Shown one piece after another: positions 37,387-50,165 of a stretch of 64,000 bases of DNA. Numbering within the stretch: position 1 is the stretch's first letter; every line of letters begins with the position of its first letter. The DNA is taken from contig JAWMAR010000350.1 of assembly GCA_036785375.1 (NCBI GenBank), positions 1,302,001-1,366,000 on the forward strand. The letters are read 5' to 3'. The notes beneath the pieces were generated by a model. That model did not search any database. It was given only the letters and a program-made list of their open reading frames with translations, and was not told the origin of the DNA. Made by a program: the position numbers and the translations under genes. This stretch comes from Leucoraja ocellata (lineage: Eukaryota).

Positions 37387-39239
37387 GATCCTAACATCTT
37401 CCCAATAACAAAGTTAAGCAAGCAAGTTTCTCACTTTTTGTCTTCCTTCCTACTTGAACAAGAGCATTAAATTTATGGTTTTCCAATCTGTTAGTAACCT
37501 CCCAGGACCCAGTGATATTTGATGATTTTCAATGAAGAACACTACTATCTCTGCAGCCACTTCCTTTAAAATACTCTAATTCAGATCCTGGTAGCTTGTC
37601 TGCCTTTAATCTTATTAGTTTTTCAATATTTTGCCCTTGTGAAGACTGATGTAAAGTATTGGCTTAATTTCTATCCTATTTCTTTATTTCCCATGATTAA
37701 TTCTCCAGTCTCTCCCTCCAGGACCCACATACATCAGCCATCATCTTCCTTTTCATACAGTATATCCATTAAAGCTCTGCTGTGGGTACTTGAAAAGGTC
37801 TTATATCACCAGCTTTTGCCGCCTAGTATGCACTTGTTTTTGATTTAACTCTTTCCATGATCGTCTCTGTTAACTTTGGATTACTCATCCTTCTCATTGA
37901 GTTTCTCTTTTGGAGTGGGATAAATTTCTGTTGAGTGTTATGAAATTGCTGCTTAAATAGCCGCTGAAGCTCACGTTTCTCATATTTCCTATTATCCCAG
38001 ACATCTCCAGATAATTCATCCTTAATACCATCCTATCCATCTCCATTTAAATAAAGCTAAATGAATTGTGGAATAGTTATCACGGTGCGAACAGTTCATT
38101 CCACTTAATGCTGAAAAGGAAGGGAAGTGAACAATGTATGTAATGGCAGCATCATACTTAATGTAATGGAAATGTAAGAAACTTACCTATTGAAAGTGAA
38201 GATTGGTAGAATGGAAAATGAAAATAGGAAGGAGTCCACCATGGTACCAGGCAGGATGGGAAGGTGTAAGAGAAATGTGCAGGAAATGAGACAGCTGGCG
38301 GCAAGGACCTTATCAAATAATCTGAAGGAGAAGGCTTAAATGTGATGAAAACTTTTATCATCTAATATGATGAGATAGAGACAACAATTGAAAGGTGAAA
38401 TTGGATTTTATAAAGTTAAGGCAACCATAGAAGTGGGTTAGCAAATTAGGTACTTAAACATTTTATTTCCATAAAATTATAATAGAGCTGTTGAGGAAGT
38501 GATGGGAAGATAGAAAAAAGATCATGTGGAGGTGAAAACTAGCTTGATAATCCTTGCAACTGTGGCTAGCTGGAATAAACATATTATTTCAGGTGAAGTA
38601 AAAAAGACCGCCATCAGTGGATGGTGAAAATTTGAAGAAGATTTGATTTTTCCAAGTAAAAATATAAGCTGGAAACAGCACAATAATTGACATACAGGTA
38701 AATAAAACAAAGAGAGGACAGAGGAACTCTCGATATCCTACAAAAATGATAGGCATAACGAGGACTTTTCTAAACCCTCCATAACTACACCTTTATTTGG
38801 AGGATGTGATGGAGTCAACATTTGAGAATAAGTTCAGTTAGATGAAGCAAATAGTTTGATTGGGAATGATTGGGCTCTTCCATTCAAGGAAGATGCAGAT
38901 GATTTTCAGACAGGCATGTGAAAATTTGGATGTCCTTGATAAAAAGATGATGCAGTCCGGGAATTCATAAATTGTTAAAATGGTAGATGGCTTTGGAAGA
39001 GGCACAGATCCATCTGGGGAGAAATTGTACGAAAGGGAGAATAAAAATAGCCAACATGAAGAAATACTGTAGTTCAAGTATAGGCTGAACCACTGGATTA
39101 CACAGTCTTAGAAAGAGGCTGAAGCAGGCAGTGAATTTTGGTGGCAATTAAGTTGGGCACCATGGAGGAAAATCTCCTGAGGAGATGATGTCTGTAAGGT
39201 CATCAGGGACAATAAGCTTAATGTTCAACTGTGCTATCA

Positions 39240-41270
39240 CGGTCTATGTGGGAGATAGGTGAGTTTTGACATTCAGCCTCTACAAGATTCACTCAAACAT
39301 TTTTTATGATCATTTATCAGTTCTGATAAGGTTCAACATAAGAGAGTGTTTGCAAAACCATGAATGTGTGGAATTGGAGGAAACGTATTGACCTAGGGAA
39401 TTGATTAGGAGTAAGCAATTGAGAAACAAAATCTGATAAATAGTATATCGTTTTACTGATGACATCTGCAGAGATCTACATTAGTGATTCCATTTTATGG
39501 TGTACATAAACATGTCTTAGTTAATAAAACTGCGAGCTACCTATCCAACTTCCCTGTTGATTACCAAGTTATATTCAACAGTAAGTAGAGCAGATCGATG
39601 ATCAAAGCTACAATGGCATTTTGATAATTTAAGTTAGTGGATATAAAGATAGATTGAAGTCAATCCAAGGAAATATTAACTTGTCCAAATTGCCTCAAGA
39701 AAGATGGATGAGTCTGCACAACATGCTGAGACATTAGGTTTGTGTGTTAGCAGATATATTTCAGGGGTCCAGGTATCAGTAAAAGCAGATACAAAAAATT
39801 GCTAATGGAATATTGGACTCTGAGGGGTGGAATATAAAGGAATTAAGTTATAATGGAGTTAAATAAAGCTTTATTTAAACCCAATTTAAAGTAGAATATA
39901 ACTCCTGTGCCAAGCCTGGTACCTCAGAAAGCATGGATTAACCTGGGAGAAAGTGCAGTGGAGAACCACTATAATAATACGAAGATGGGTGATTTAAACT
40001 GTCATAATAGATTGCACAGACAAGGTTATTATTGCTTTGAATATAGAATAACAATGGAATTAAGCACCTTTTAGCTAAAGACTCAAAATATTGCCTTTGA
40101 TGGAACTAAGAAATAATAAAATAAATTGCTGAAGAGTCAGTAGGTCAGGCAAGGTCTGTGGATTGAGAGAAACAGTTAATATTTCAGGTTGTTGAACTTA
40201 TGTCAGAAAATAAATTTGTGAGGCAAGAGAACTGAAGTTGGTTGATGTGGATGATACATTGCATCTTTTTACAGCTCTAAGGGACTAAATGATTTACTCT
40301 TGTCCCATTACTTCTAACCACTTTAATCTCTTACAGATTTAAAAATAAACCCGAATTAAAATTTTCAAATTGCCAATGTAGTCAGAATATTGTGCTGAGT
40401 CTTTAATGCCCTAGAAGGAACTCCAACAACATAAATGGATGTAGATAATCTACTTAGGCCTCTCCTGAATATGGCATCCAATTTGGGCACCAACATTTAT
40501 AGAGATATACAATGCGGAAATAGGCCCCTTGGCCAAACTAGTGCATGTTGACCAAGTTAGTGAACTGAGCTAGTTCCACTTACCTGCACCTGCCCCATAT
40601 CCTCCTCAACCTTTCTAATCCATGTACCTGTCGAAGTGTCATTTAATTATAGTAATTGTACCTGCCTGACCCTTTTAAGTTACCCTTCTGGCCCTTTTAA
40701 ATCTTTGCCCCCTCATTTTAAACCACTAGTTTTAGATACCCCTACACGGAGAAAAGTTAATGACCTTATGCCCTTCATGAAAATTATCTACAGGTACTTC
40801 TAAAAACTCAACTCTCAGCCTCCTGTTCAACAGAAAAATGTCCTTGCCTATCTAGCTTCTTCTTATAACTCAAATGTTCTAGTCCTGGTAACATCCTGGT
40901 AAATCCTTCCACACCTTTTCCAAATTAATTACATCCTTGGGAAATATATAAAGACCTCACAGACAATGCAAAGAAGATTTAGCAGAATGTTACTAGGAAT
41001 GTGGAGATTTAACAGATGTTTTTAAAATCAACAGGATCATATAAATAAGGACAAATTGCTCCCATAAGTAAACCAAACACAGAGTTTAATAAGTGGCAAG
41101 AACCAGAGTTGAAAGGACGAGAAACATTACACATGGAATCTGAAAAAATATTTAAAAGAGGAAATGTTACAGGGTTTTGTTGATAGGATAGGAGAGGGTG
41201 TTAATTGGAAAGCTCTTTCAAAAAGCAGGCACTGGCATGATTGGTCAAATAGTTTCTTTCTGTGATTCTT
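39240..41270. mobile_element. Highly decayed CR1 fragments in both orientations
   Basis: CR1-like remnants ('tgataaggttcaacataagag', 'gctaatggaatattgg...tggaatataaagg', 'cctggtaacatcctggtaaatccttcc'). CpG is nearly absent. Confidence 0.45.
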
Positions 41271-44063
41271 TAATCACAGTGATGGAGCTTTCGTTTTGAA
41301 CAAAGAGAAACTAGGGTTCTTTTAAAGAAGAGGATTGTTACAAGGAGATCTAATATGACTGTCCAAATTTAACGGGGCAATGATAATTTAAATAAGGAAT
41401 AGCTATTTCAACTGTGAATGATTTAGTGACTGGGGTTATCACAAAATAAAAGAAGAAATTGGAATTTCACTTTTCATTACAATAAGTGGTTCATGGGAGA
41501 AATTTGTTTTTAGTTTTTTGCAGCAATGAATGCAAGGACTTCAAGTTACGGCTGTGCACCCCTGCACATATTTCAAATGTATGGAAATGAATGCAAATGA
41601 CAATAAATATTTTCAAACATGCTCAGTATCAGTAACCAAACATAAATTTCTCCGCTGGACATAATGATAGATTAAAAATCTAAAAATATATGTTCACATT
41701 GATGTGAATTTTAAAGAGTATGAGGGAAAATGCTTAACATTATTGTTGTTATGTTTTAGGAAAGGGCAAGGTCAGGAATATGTACAGTAAATGACTATTC
41801 CAGAGGCAGCAGAGTCTCATAGGACTAAACGGCTTCCTACTATGCCTTCATATTCAACAATTTTACTTCTTTATGACAGACAATTTGATAATGACCTGGT
41901 AGCATTTGACAATTTATTTCTTTGTTGAAAATGACCTGGAAAAATCTTAGTACCAGAAAAAATGAAAATAGTCTTTGGTGTTATTAGGGCAATAAAATCA
42001 AATTGATTAAAATTAAAGATGGCAGTAAATGTTAATGAGAGTGTAAACACATTCTATTTCAGAAGAAAAAATATTTTAAGTTTTCTTGCAAATGTCACAA
42101 AAATGATATGAAATCTGAAAATGATCTCTTGCAGGTGGAAACTTGGTGATGTAGTGAAAATAGAATCAATATTATAACTCAGAATGAATTGGGAGATGTA
42201 AACAAACAACAACATTGGAGAATGTAGAAGGGGAAAATAAAATTACCAAGGGTTTGTAAAAAGGAGACTGTGAAGTCAGTTTATCAATGAAAATGGGAAA
42301 AATATGGAAGATGAACATTTAGTTGGATTTAAAGGAAAGAGAACACAAAGTTCTGAATGTTAAAATCATATTAGTTGGAATTGGAAGATCAATGAGGAAA
42401 ATCTCGACCAAACTTAAATGAGATGTTCATTACAGAAAGTTGTAACATGGGAGGTGAAATCATTTGTGTTATTTGGAACTTGGAACATAGAACGTGGAGT
42501 CAGCGCTCATCTCTGCAAGTGGATCCTCGGCTTCCTGTCCAACAAACCACAATCAGTGAGGATAGGGGACGTCATCCTCCACAATAATCCTCAAAACTGG
42601 TGCTCTGCAAGGAAGACCCTTTAGCGCCACTTTACTTCTTATACATCCACCACTGTGCATATCCACCACAAATACATATCCAACTCAATTTACAAATTTG
42701 TAATCATATCTAGTCATTTCGGTGACTGGAGACACGCAACTAAAAGCTTTTCATGTACCTCGGTACACATGAACTAAACTAAATTTACACAGGTGGAATT
42801 GCTAATTGATGAAATGTGGGGTATAATTTTAATCTGGTCTAATGATATAAATAGTGATGTCATTGCAAGATATAACTCATGTAGATATACTCACAAAATA
42901 AAGCAATACTCATGTAATGTTTTTATAAAGAAGGATTTTGCATTTAAAAAGTGGATTTTACATCTGCAGGATATTTTGCCGTTGATTAACTAATGGTTGT
43001 GGTCACAAATGTTTTGTGGAGAAATGGAGAACTCAAATTTCCATATGACTCATGACAGCAATTGGCAGTTTGGCAAATTTAATCAGAACTTGGCTGTGAG
43101 AGGGAGCAGAGGAGGGCAATCGGAAGCTACATGTGCTGGGAGCCTTGTGCTTGTTACACACAAACAGCGCCAAAATTGGGACTGTTATTAATTGGGAGAA
43201 CAGTCCTTGGCTATGGAATAACGTTGATACGTTTGTAAGATGGGGATCGAATTTAATCCTTTAAAATTGATCTATGTATTTTAGCTGGATAAATAAGGCT
43301 AAGATATATACAATAAATTGTAGAACTCTAGGAATGGGCACAGGGACTCAAAAATGCCCAATCCGTGCCATTTCTAGTTTTGTACCTCAATGAGACCACC
43401 CACCCACCTTCACCATTCCGAAGAAAATAAATGTAGTCTTTCATGAGAGCTGAAATATTCCATCCTTGGCAAATCCTCTGGCAGTTTTTTCCAGCACAAT
43501 CAGACCCTTCTCATATTACAGCAGCTGGTGCAATGCACATATTATTCCAGCTGAGGACTTGAATGACATGTCAAAAAGTACCCCGATGTCAGCAGCATAC
43601 GTAGATTGCTAGGGATTTTAGAAGTGGATTTGCTATCATGCACACTGCAGATTCCTGCTTTCATTAGTAAAGACATAGATTGTAAGAGCAGGGAGGGCAT
43701 TGGATTTTATAAAACATTAGTGAGGCCATAGATGGAGTAATGTGTGCAATTCAAACTACTTTACCATAGGAAGGATGTGATGGTGCTGGAGAATTAACCT
43801 AGTGGCGCTGAAGCCAGGTGACTCTGCATGCTGGTCTTAGAAGTGGATTTGCTATCAAGTATTATAATCACTCTATCCTTTCAAATCATTATTTCAACAG
43901 CAGCATTTCTTACTTTATTGTGCACTATGTTTATACCCTTTATCCTGTATCTGTAAACTGCGGATGGCTTGATTGTAGTAATGTATATTCTTTCCGCTGA
44001 CTGGGTAGCATGTAATAAATGTATTTTCACTATACCTCTTTACACGTGACAATAATAAACTAG

Positions 44064-45186
44064 AGGATGCATGGCAGATGCAGTTTAATGTGGATAAATG
44101 TGAGGATATCCACTGGTGGCAAAAACAGGATGGCAGATTATTATCTAAATGGTGTCAAGTTGGGAAAAGGGGAAGTACAAAGAGATCTGGGGGACCTTGT
44201 TCATCAGTTCCTGAAAGTAAGCATGCAGGTACAGCAGGCAATGAAAGTTGGCCTTCATAACAAGGGTAGTTGAGTATAGGAGCAAAGAGGTCCTTCTGCA
44301 GTTGTACAGGACCCTAGTGAGACCACACCTGGAGTATTGTCTTCAGTTTTGGTCTCCAAATTTGAGGAAGGACATTGTTGCTATTGAGTGAGTGCAGCGT
44401 AGGTTCACCAGGTTAATTCCCAGAATGGCAGGACTGTCATATGTTGATACAATGGAGCAGCTGGGTTTGTTTACTCTGGAATTCAAGTTCAAGTTCCATT
44501 TATTGTCACATGCACCAATTGGTGCAGTGAGATTTGAGTTACCATACATCCATGCGAATAAAAAAGAACATAATACACGATAGAGTTTAACAAAAACATC
44601 CTCCCACAGCGGAATCAACGTTTCCCACTGTGAGAGAAGTCAATAAAGTTCAGTCATCTTCCTCATTGTTTCACCCGTGGTCGGGGACTTTGAGCCCTCC
44701 GCAGTGGCTGCTACGGCGGCCCAATGTTCAGGCCCTCTCGTCGGGATGATAGAACTCTGACATTTGAACGGAAGAACACACTCAGTAGCTTGGAGGATTT
44801 AGAAGGAAGACAGGGGATCATATTGAAACATATAAGGTAATTAAGGGTTTGGACACGCCAGAGGCAGGAAACATGTTCCTGATGTTTGGGGAGTCCAGCA
44901 AAAGGGGCCACAGTTTAAGAATATGGGGTAAGCCATTTAGAACGGAGACAAGGAAAAACTTTTCCACACAGAGAGTGGTGAGTCTGTGGAATTCTCTGCC
45001 TCAGAGGGCGGTGGAGGCCGGTTCTCTGGATGTTTTTAAGAGTTAGATAGAGTTCTTAAAGATAGCGTAGTCAGGGGATATGAGGAGAAGGCAGGAACGG
45101 GGTACTGATTGTGGATGATCAGCCATGATCACATTGAATGGCGGTGCTGGCTCGAAGGGCCGAATGGCCTCCTCCAGCACCTATTG
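44064..45186 (+). mobile_element. CR1 LINE 3' fragment (RT C-terminus and tail) with an internal insertion
   Basis: Peptides [64 protein letters not shown] and RGHSLRI...RKNFSTQRVVSLWNSLPQRAVEA. Tail 'gggccgaatggcctcctccagcacct'. Confidence 0.88.
44484..44794 (-). mobile_element. Non-coding retroposon inserted in CR1 (same family as 62332-62968), 5'-truncated
   Basis: Interrupts CR1 'tactctggaatt|...|tttagaagga'. Begins with the (TTCAAG)2 tail. Reverse complement matches 62780-62960 ('cagtgggaaacgttgat', 'ggtgcatgt...aataaat'). Confidence 0.7.
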
Positions 45187-45379
45187 AATTTAGGGTGGAA
45201 TATTTCAGCTTGCCTGTACACGATGGGCAGAAAGGCTAGTTTCCGTACTGAATTAGTTTATATTTTAAATTAGGTACACATATTTTATTGTACTATGATT
45301 AAACTGCGCGTAATTTAATTGCTGACACTGCAGCCTCGCTGCATTGCGTACTTGATTTGTAAAACATTCACCAAGGGAA

Positions 45380-45870
45380 TTGTCATGGTCGGCCAGCTGG
45401 TTCGGAGGCTGCTTTTGCTGGCACAAACGTCGGGGAAGATGGTTTGGTCGGCCAGCTGAGACGGCAGAGTGAAAGAGGGGCAGAACTGCTGAGCGGCTTG
45501 TTCCCGATGTAAACAGGTTCGGGTCTGTCTGTCTGTCTGCGGAATAAAACATTCTTTAAACGGCCGTTCAAATGTGTGGAACGTTTTCCGGGCGGCATCG
45601 ACGCGTGAGAAGCCTGCGGAAGTAGGGCCGGTGTCACGGCTGCGGGTCCACAGGAGGAGCCGATACCGACGCCGCTGTCCGGGGCCTAACTGTCGCCCCA
45701 CGCGCAATCGGTAACAGCACGTGTTGACCGAGCACGAGCACGTGGCCGCGCGCGCGACCCCGCCATCCCCAGCGAGTGAGCGAGCGAGCGGGAGCGCGCG
45801 GAGACCCTGGGACCGGGAAAACCCCATGGTGGTCACATGTCACTAAGTTGTAACTACGATTTACTGTAAG
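45380..45870 (+). promoter_or_regulatory. CpG island: putative Zcchc7 promoter and non-coding exon 1
   Basis: The only dense non-repeat CpG island upstream of the Zcchc7 coding exon. ETS/GABP motif GCGGAAGT at 45616-45623. Candidate donors cg|gtaaca (45711) and ct|gtaagt (45866). 14-bp direct repeat tggtcggccagctg at 45386 and 45445. Confidence 0.7.
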
Positions 45871-45874
45871 TGTG

Positions 45875-46140
45875 TTGGAAGAAACTGCAGATGCTGGTTT
45901 ACACTGAAGATAGACAGAAAAAGCTGGAGTAATTCAGCGGGTCAGGTAGTATCTCTGGACAGAAGGAATGGGTGACATTTCTGAAAGAATGGTCCACCCA
46001 AAACGTCTCCAGAGATGCTGCCTGAGCCATCGAGTTACTACAACTTTTCATGTATATTTAATTAAAATCAACCTGCTGGAGGAACTCAGTGGATCGAGCA
46101 GCATCTGTGGGGGTGTCGACACCCTGCATTAGGACTGAGA
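45875..46140. mobile_element. Cluster of Penelope terminal-repeat-derived pieces, including an inverted pair
   Basis: 'gctggagtaattcagcgggtcaggtagtatctctgga' followed by the opposite 'tccagagatgctgcctgagccatcgagttacta'. A third copy lies at 46070-46140. Confidence 0.65.
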
Positions 46141-46234
46141 GGGAAGATAACAACATCTTTCAATCTCTCATCAACGTAAATATTATAACTTTCTATACTT
46201 TTTACCGAAGTAGATAGCCTCGCATTCTTCCGTT

Positions 46235-47370
46235 GAAGTCCATCTAGTCCTTACCTTTCATACCATCAGTCGTTGCATACAACACATAAAGGGCCTGTCC
46301 CCCTTGACGATTTTTTTCGACGACTGCTGGCGTCATGTTAGTGTCTCCAAAAGATTTTGAACATTTCAAAATCCAGCAGTGACAAAAAAAATGTTGTGAC
46401 ACTTGAAAAAACACCGCTCGTCAATACGTCATCACGCCGCAAATTTTTTGGTGACCTGATACTTCAGTCATTGATGCTGGCAGTCGCCGAAAAAATCGAC
46501 AAGTGGGACAGGCCCTTAATCTGACATTTTCACCACCTCCAACGGGATCCCACCATTAGTCACATCTTCCCATCTCCACCCCTTTCCACCTTCCACAGAG
46601 ACCATTCCCTCTGCAACTCCCTGGTTAACTCATCCCTTCCCACCTAAACCACCCCCTCCCCAGGTACATTCTCCTGAAACTGCAGGAGATGCAACACTTG
46701 TCTCTAAACCTCCTCCCTCTACTCTGACCAGGGACCCCAATAGTCCTTTCAGGGTAGGCAGAGGTTCACTTGCACCTCCTCCAACTTCATCTACTGTATC
46801 CGTTATTCAAAGTGTGGACTCTTGTGCATTGGCGAGACGAAACATAGACTGGGCGATCGATTCGCTGAACACCTTCGCTCAGTCTGCCTGGACCTACCTG
46901 ATCACCCGGTTGCCAAACACTTTAATTTCCCTACCCATTCCCACACTGACATTGCTGTTCTAGGCCTCCTCCATTGTCAGAGTGAGGCCAAATGCAAATT
47001 GGAGGAATAGCATCTAATATTTCACATGGGCAGCTTACAACCCAGGTATGAATATTGATTTCTCTAACTTCAAGTAACCCCTGCATTCCCTCTCTCTATC
47101 CCTCCCCCACCCAAGTCATACTAGCTTCAAAGTCATTTTGTTGAGTCTCATTGACTGTACTCGTTCTCACCTAACAAACAACTATCAACCGCCTGTTTCC
47201 TTTATCATTACTTTTTTGCATATCTTTCATTCATTTATTCTATATCCCTTGTTTCCCTTTGCCCTGACTCTCAGTTTGAAGAAGGGTCTTGACCCAAAAG
47301 ATCACCTTTTCCTTTTCTCTAGAGATGCTGCTTGACCCGACGAGTTACTCCAGCTTTTTGTGTCCATCTG
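46235..47370 (+). mobile_element. Penelope-like retroelement 3' fragment (GIY-YIG endonuclease pseudo-ORF plus terminal repeat)
   Basis: Reads FTCTSSNFIYCIRYSKCGLLCIGETKHRLGDRFAEHLRSV...VAKHFN..THS...KLEE*HLIF.MGSLQP, a PLE GIY-YIG endonuclease signature with stops. Ends in the hammerhead-type repeat at 47275-47370. Confidence 0.85.
46290..46516. mobile_element. PIF/Harbinger-type MITE, family 1 (227 bp)
   Basis: TAA|AGGGCCTGTCCCCCTTGACGATTTTTT...AAAAAATCGACAAGTGGGACAGGCCCT|TAA. Imperfect TIRs of about 45 bp. Inserted in the Penelope fragment. Confidence 0.85.
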
Positions 47371-47520
47371 CCAAGTTTTGCTTACTTGCCGAACCTGTGC
47401 TAACATAAAGTTCATGCAGTTAGAGACCCCATATATGCAGAGCCTTTCCTCCAGTATGAAAGTTGATGGGCCACAGATTTTGTGTGAGCCAAGTGTGCAG
47501 GTTGTAGTTTTAGCTTCTAT

Positions 47521-48393
47521 AGGGGGGTTGCACGTAAGGTCACTGGGTCATAGGGCTTGACGCACGGAGCCGCTCAATCCATCTGGAGGACATCCGTAAC
47601 TTCGGGTATATGTTATTAATGCAAGAAACGCGTACTTTCCTACCTATTAAAAAACGCAAAAATGACGAGTTTTTGCGCTGTAAAAAATTGTGGAAGTCGG
47701 GGTAAGTGTGAGAGTACCCAACTTCAGAATTCCAAAAGTGAAGCGGAAAAGAGAAGCGAGAGCTGAAGGGACAACAACAGCTAATGTGCTTGGCGAACAT
47801 TGGCCATGCAGATATTAGAATTGAAAATATTGGGAATTATCGCGTTTGCTCACTGCATTTCATCAACAGTAAGGCATTATTTGTGTTTTTTCTTGATTCC
47901 TTTGGTATCTAAAAAGTCTCAGAAGTGATAAATCTGGCTGTAAATTTTTCTTCAGATGCGTTTTCATTTTGTATGTAAAAACCCACGGGAACCATGGACG
48001 ATTTAAAAAATTTACAGCCAGATTTATTACTTCTGAAACTTTTTAGGAATCAAGAAAAACACAAGTAATGCCTTTGTTGATGAAATACAGTGAGCAAACG
48101 GCCAATGTTCGCTAAGCATTCTGGCTGTTGTTGTCCCTTCAGCTCTCGCTTCTATCTACTGTCATTTCTCCTCACTTTTGGAATTCTGAAGTAGGCTAAA
48201 TGTCTCACATGCTTATCCCGATTTCCATCATTATTTACAGCCCAAAAATTGACAATTTCGGCAGGTTTTAACAGGCCAGCTACGCTGGAAACAATGTTTT
48301 GCTCTTACCTGCAGTTTATCGCCTGTACTCCACTTGGCGTAGCGTAGCAACAGTACGGGTCATGGGTCGTGACCCGACTGCCGTGAACTCCCT
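47521..48393. mobile_element. Non-autonomous foldback DNA element (873 bp) with long internal inverted arms and AT flanks
   Basis: Ends AT|aggggggttgcacg and cgtgaactccct|AT. Arms at about 47643-47949 and 48005-48275 are reverse complements (e.g. acttcagaattccaaaagtga / tcacttttggaattctgaagt; aaatctggctgtaaattttt / aaaaatttacagccagattt). Confidence 0.8.
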
Positions 48394-48399
48394 ATAATT

Positions 48400-49860
48400 A
48401 TATGATTTTTTGTGTTTGTTGACTGTATGGTTTGTACAAGCAGTACGAGTGTTAGCAAGTGTACCCTGTCCTTTGTAAAGAACAGTTTGTTGTTCTGGAT
48501 TCTTGGAGAGTCAATGGTAATTGGAGCTCTTGTGCGAGAAAGAATGGATCTTTGGCCTATGATTTGGGTTTTATCTACATGTGATTTTGGAAGTCTGGAT
48601 AGGGGCTTTGGGGAGAACTTGACATCAATGATGCAACTTGTCAGTTGAATTGGGCAGGAGTGTTCCAGGTGCTTTTAAAATAAAATGTGTTCCTGCTATC
48701 CAGATGGTCAGCGAGGAGACAGTGAGATGTCTTCTGCTGTTGACCTGCTGTGGCCAATTGAAGCCGATACAGGTTATTTTAGTTTATTTAAGTTTATTAT
48801 TGTCATGTGTACTGAAATACAGTAAAACAAACCTGTTCTGTGTTCTATCCAGTCATATCATCATACTATGCCCAAGTACAATCATAAACAAGTAAAAGAG
48901 TGAAATAATTGTAATTAGATCCTCTTTTGGGACAGTATGCGAGGAGTCGCCATGTTCTGTTACCATCTTGCAACTTTTCAAGTATGAGGCCACGGAAAAG
49001 TCTGATCTTGGCATAAGGAGATATGATTTATTTACTCACTTTAAGGCCCGGTGTCCTGGCGGCATTGGATCAATGATGTTGATGTTGACTGGGCCCTGTA
49101 CAATGCCTTTGCTTCCTTCCATTACTGTTCCTGCTGCAGGCTTTTTCCGACTGCTCACTCATCAGGCTGCTGTAGAACCCCAAGCTGCCACTTCCACCAA
49201 CAAAGTAACCACCGCAACTTTACAATGCCTCCTCTAGTCGTCTCCCCACTGTGTGGTGAGGTTGCCATGTCCCGTTTCCTGAACTGACCGCAGAACTTTA
49301 GAGCAGTTTCCAAGGATTCGGAAGGTGATTTTGCAGACAGTTCATGGCCACCAACTTTCCCCTGCACCTTCCACCCTGCCATCTTGAGATTTCTGAGACG
49401 GGAGTTGATTTGCATCATAACCATAATCTCACGGCACTCCATAACGGTGGATGCAAGTGTAACAGGATGGTAGTCGTTGAGGCTGATCACCATGTAGGAA
49501 GGCACAGCAGATGCTGCTTTACACTGAAAATAGACACAAAATGCAGTAGTAACTCAGAGGAACAGGCAGCATCTGGAGAAGAGGAATGGGTGATGTTTCG
49601 GGACGAGACCCTTCTTCAGACTTGAGGTCTTCAGTCTGAAGAATGGCCTCGACCCGAAATGTCACCCATTCCTTCTCTCGAGAGATGCTGCCTGTCCCGC
49701 TGAGTTACTTCTTGTGCTCCATCCTATATTGTTTGAGATCGGGCCTATGATGGTGCTGGCATTTACAAACTTGAACATGGTGTAGGCAGAAATTGGCCTC
49801 ACAGTCATGAGTGTACAGGAAGTATTAAGGGGCTGAGAATGCTGCCTTGCAGGGCGCTGG
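48400..49860 (-). mobile_element. Decayed Rex1-like LINE fragments, discontinuous
   Basis: Minus-strand peptide SLNDYHPVTLASTVMEC (RT entry, 49420-49490), FKFVNASTIIG (KFADD region, 49740-49790) and tail-like 48400-48700. Confidence 0.5.
49506..49722. mobile_element. Head-to-head inverted pair of hammerhead-bearing Penelope terminal repeats
   Basis: Minus core 49619-49592 CTGAAGA-A-GGGTCTCGTCCC-GAAAC-ATC. Plus core 49636-49663 CTGAAGA-A-TGGCCTCGACCC-GAAAT-GTC. The bodies diverge outward. Confidence 0.78.
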
Positions 49861-50165
49861 TCACCCCTCCCTCTCACCTCTTTATGTTGGTTATCTTCCC
49901 TCTGCCATTTCAGTTCTGCTGCAGAAAATTACTTAAGTGTTGGAGGTTTTGAGTTCAATACTTACTTTTCTTCTCTCTGTTAAACATTAAAAAATTAACT
50001 GTTTTTTTCAAGATGCATTGCTCAATTATTAGGGTCTTGAATATTTTGAAATGTTGCCTCCTAAAGGAGGAAGTCACTGGAAAATGTACAATGATGAACA
50101 ATGATATGTTTTAAACCAGTAATATTTTCCCTCCATTTTACACAGGATAATTTACTTTTACCACA

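Larger units (their letters stand above)
35659..37388 (-). mobile_element. Non-autonomous Helitron with G-rich and minisatellite interior, spanning an assembly gap
   Basis: The minus-strand 3' end reads gggacccAACggctccc (7-bp stem with 1 mismatch, 35686-35670) then acttagtCTAG|T. A 5' A|TC is available at 37389-37387, directly after the gap. No TSD, consistent with an AT target. Confidence 0.7.
34735..37990 (-). mobile_element. Old CR1 LINE fragment split by a Helitron
   Basis: CR1-like segments 'gaccaaaattgtacagagtagtccaggtgtagcctca', 'catgatttccctttcataaaatcatgttgac' and, after the gap, 'ctgcagccacttcctttaaaatactct'. The flanks of the Helitron join in register. Confidence 0.55.

Noticed and set aside
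45366-45380. EBF1-like site (TTCACCAAGGGAAT) near the Zcchc7 promoter, and similar partial EBF, NF-kB and CTCF matches elsewhere
   Set aside because: Only half-site or gapped matches; expected by chance in 64 kb without conservation data.
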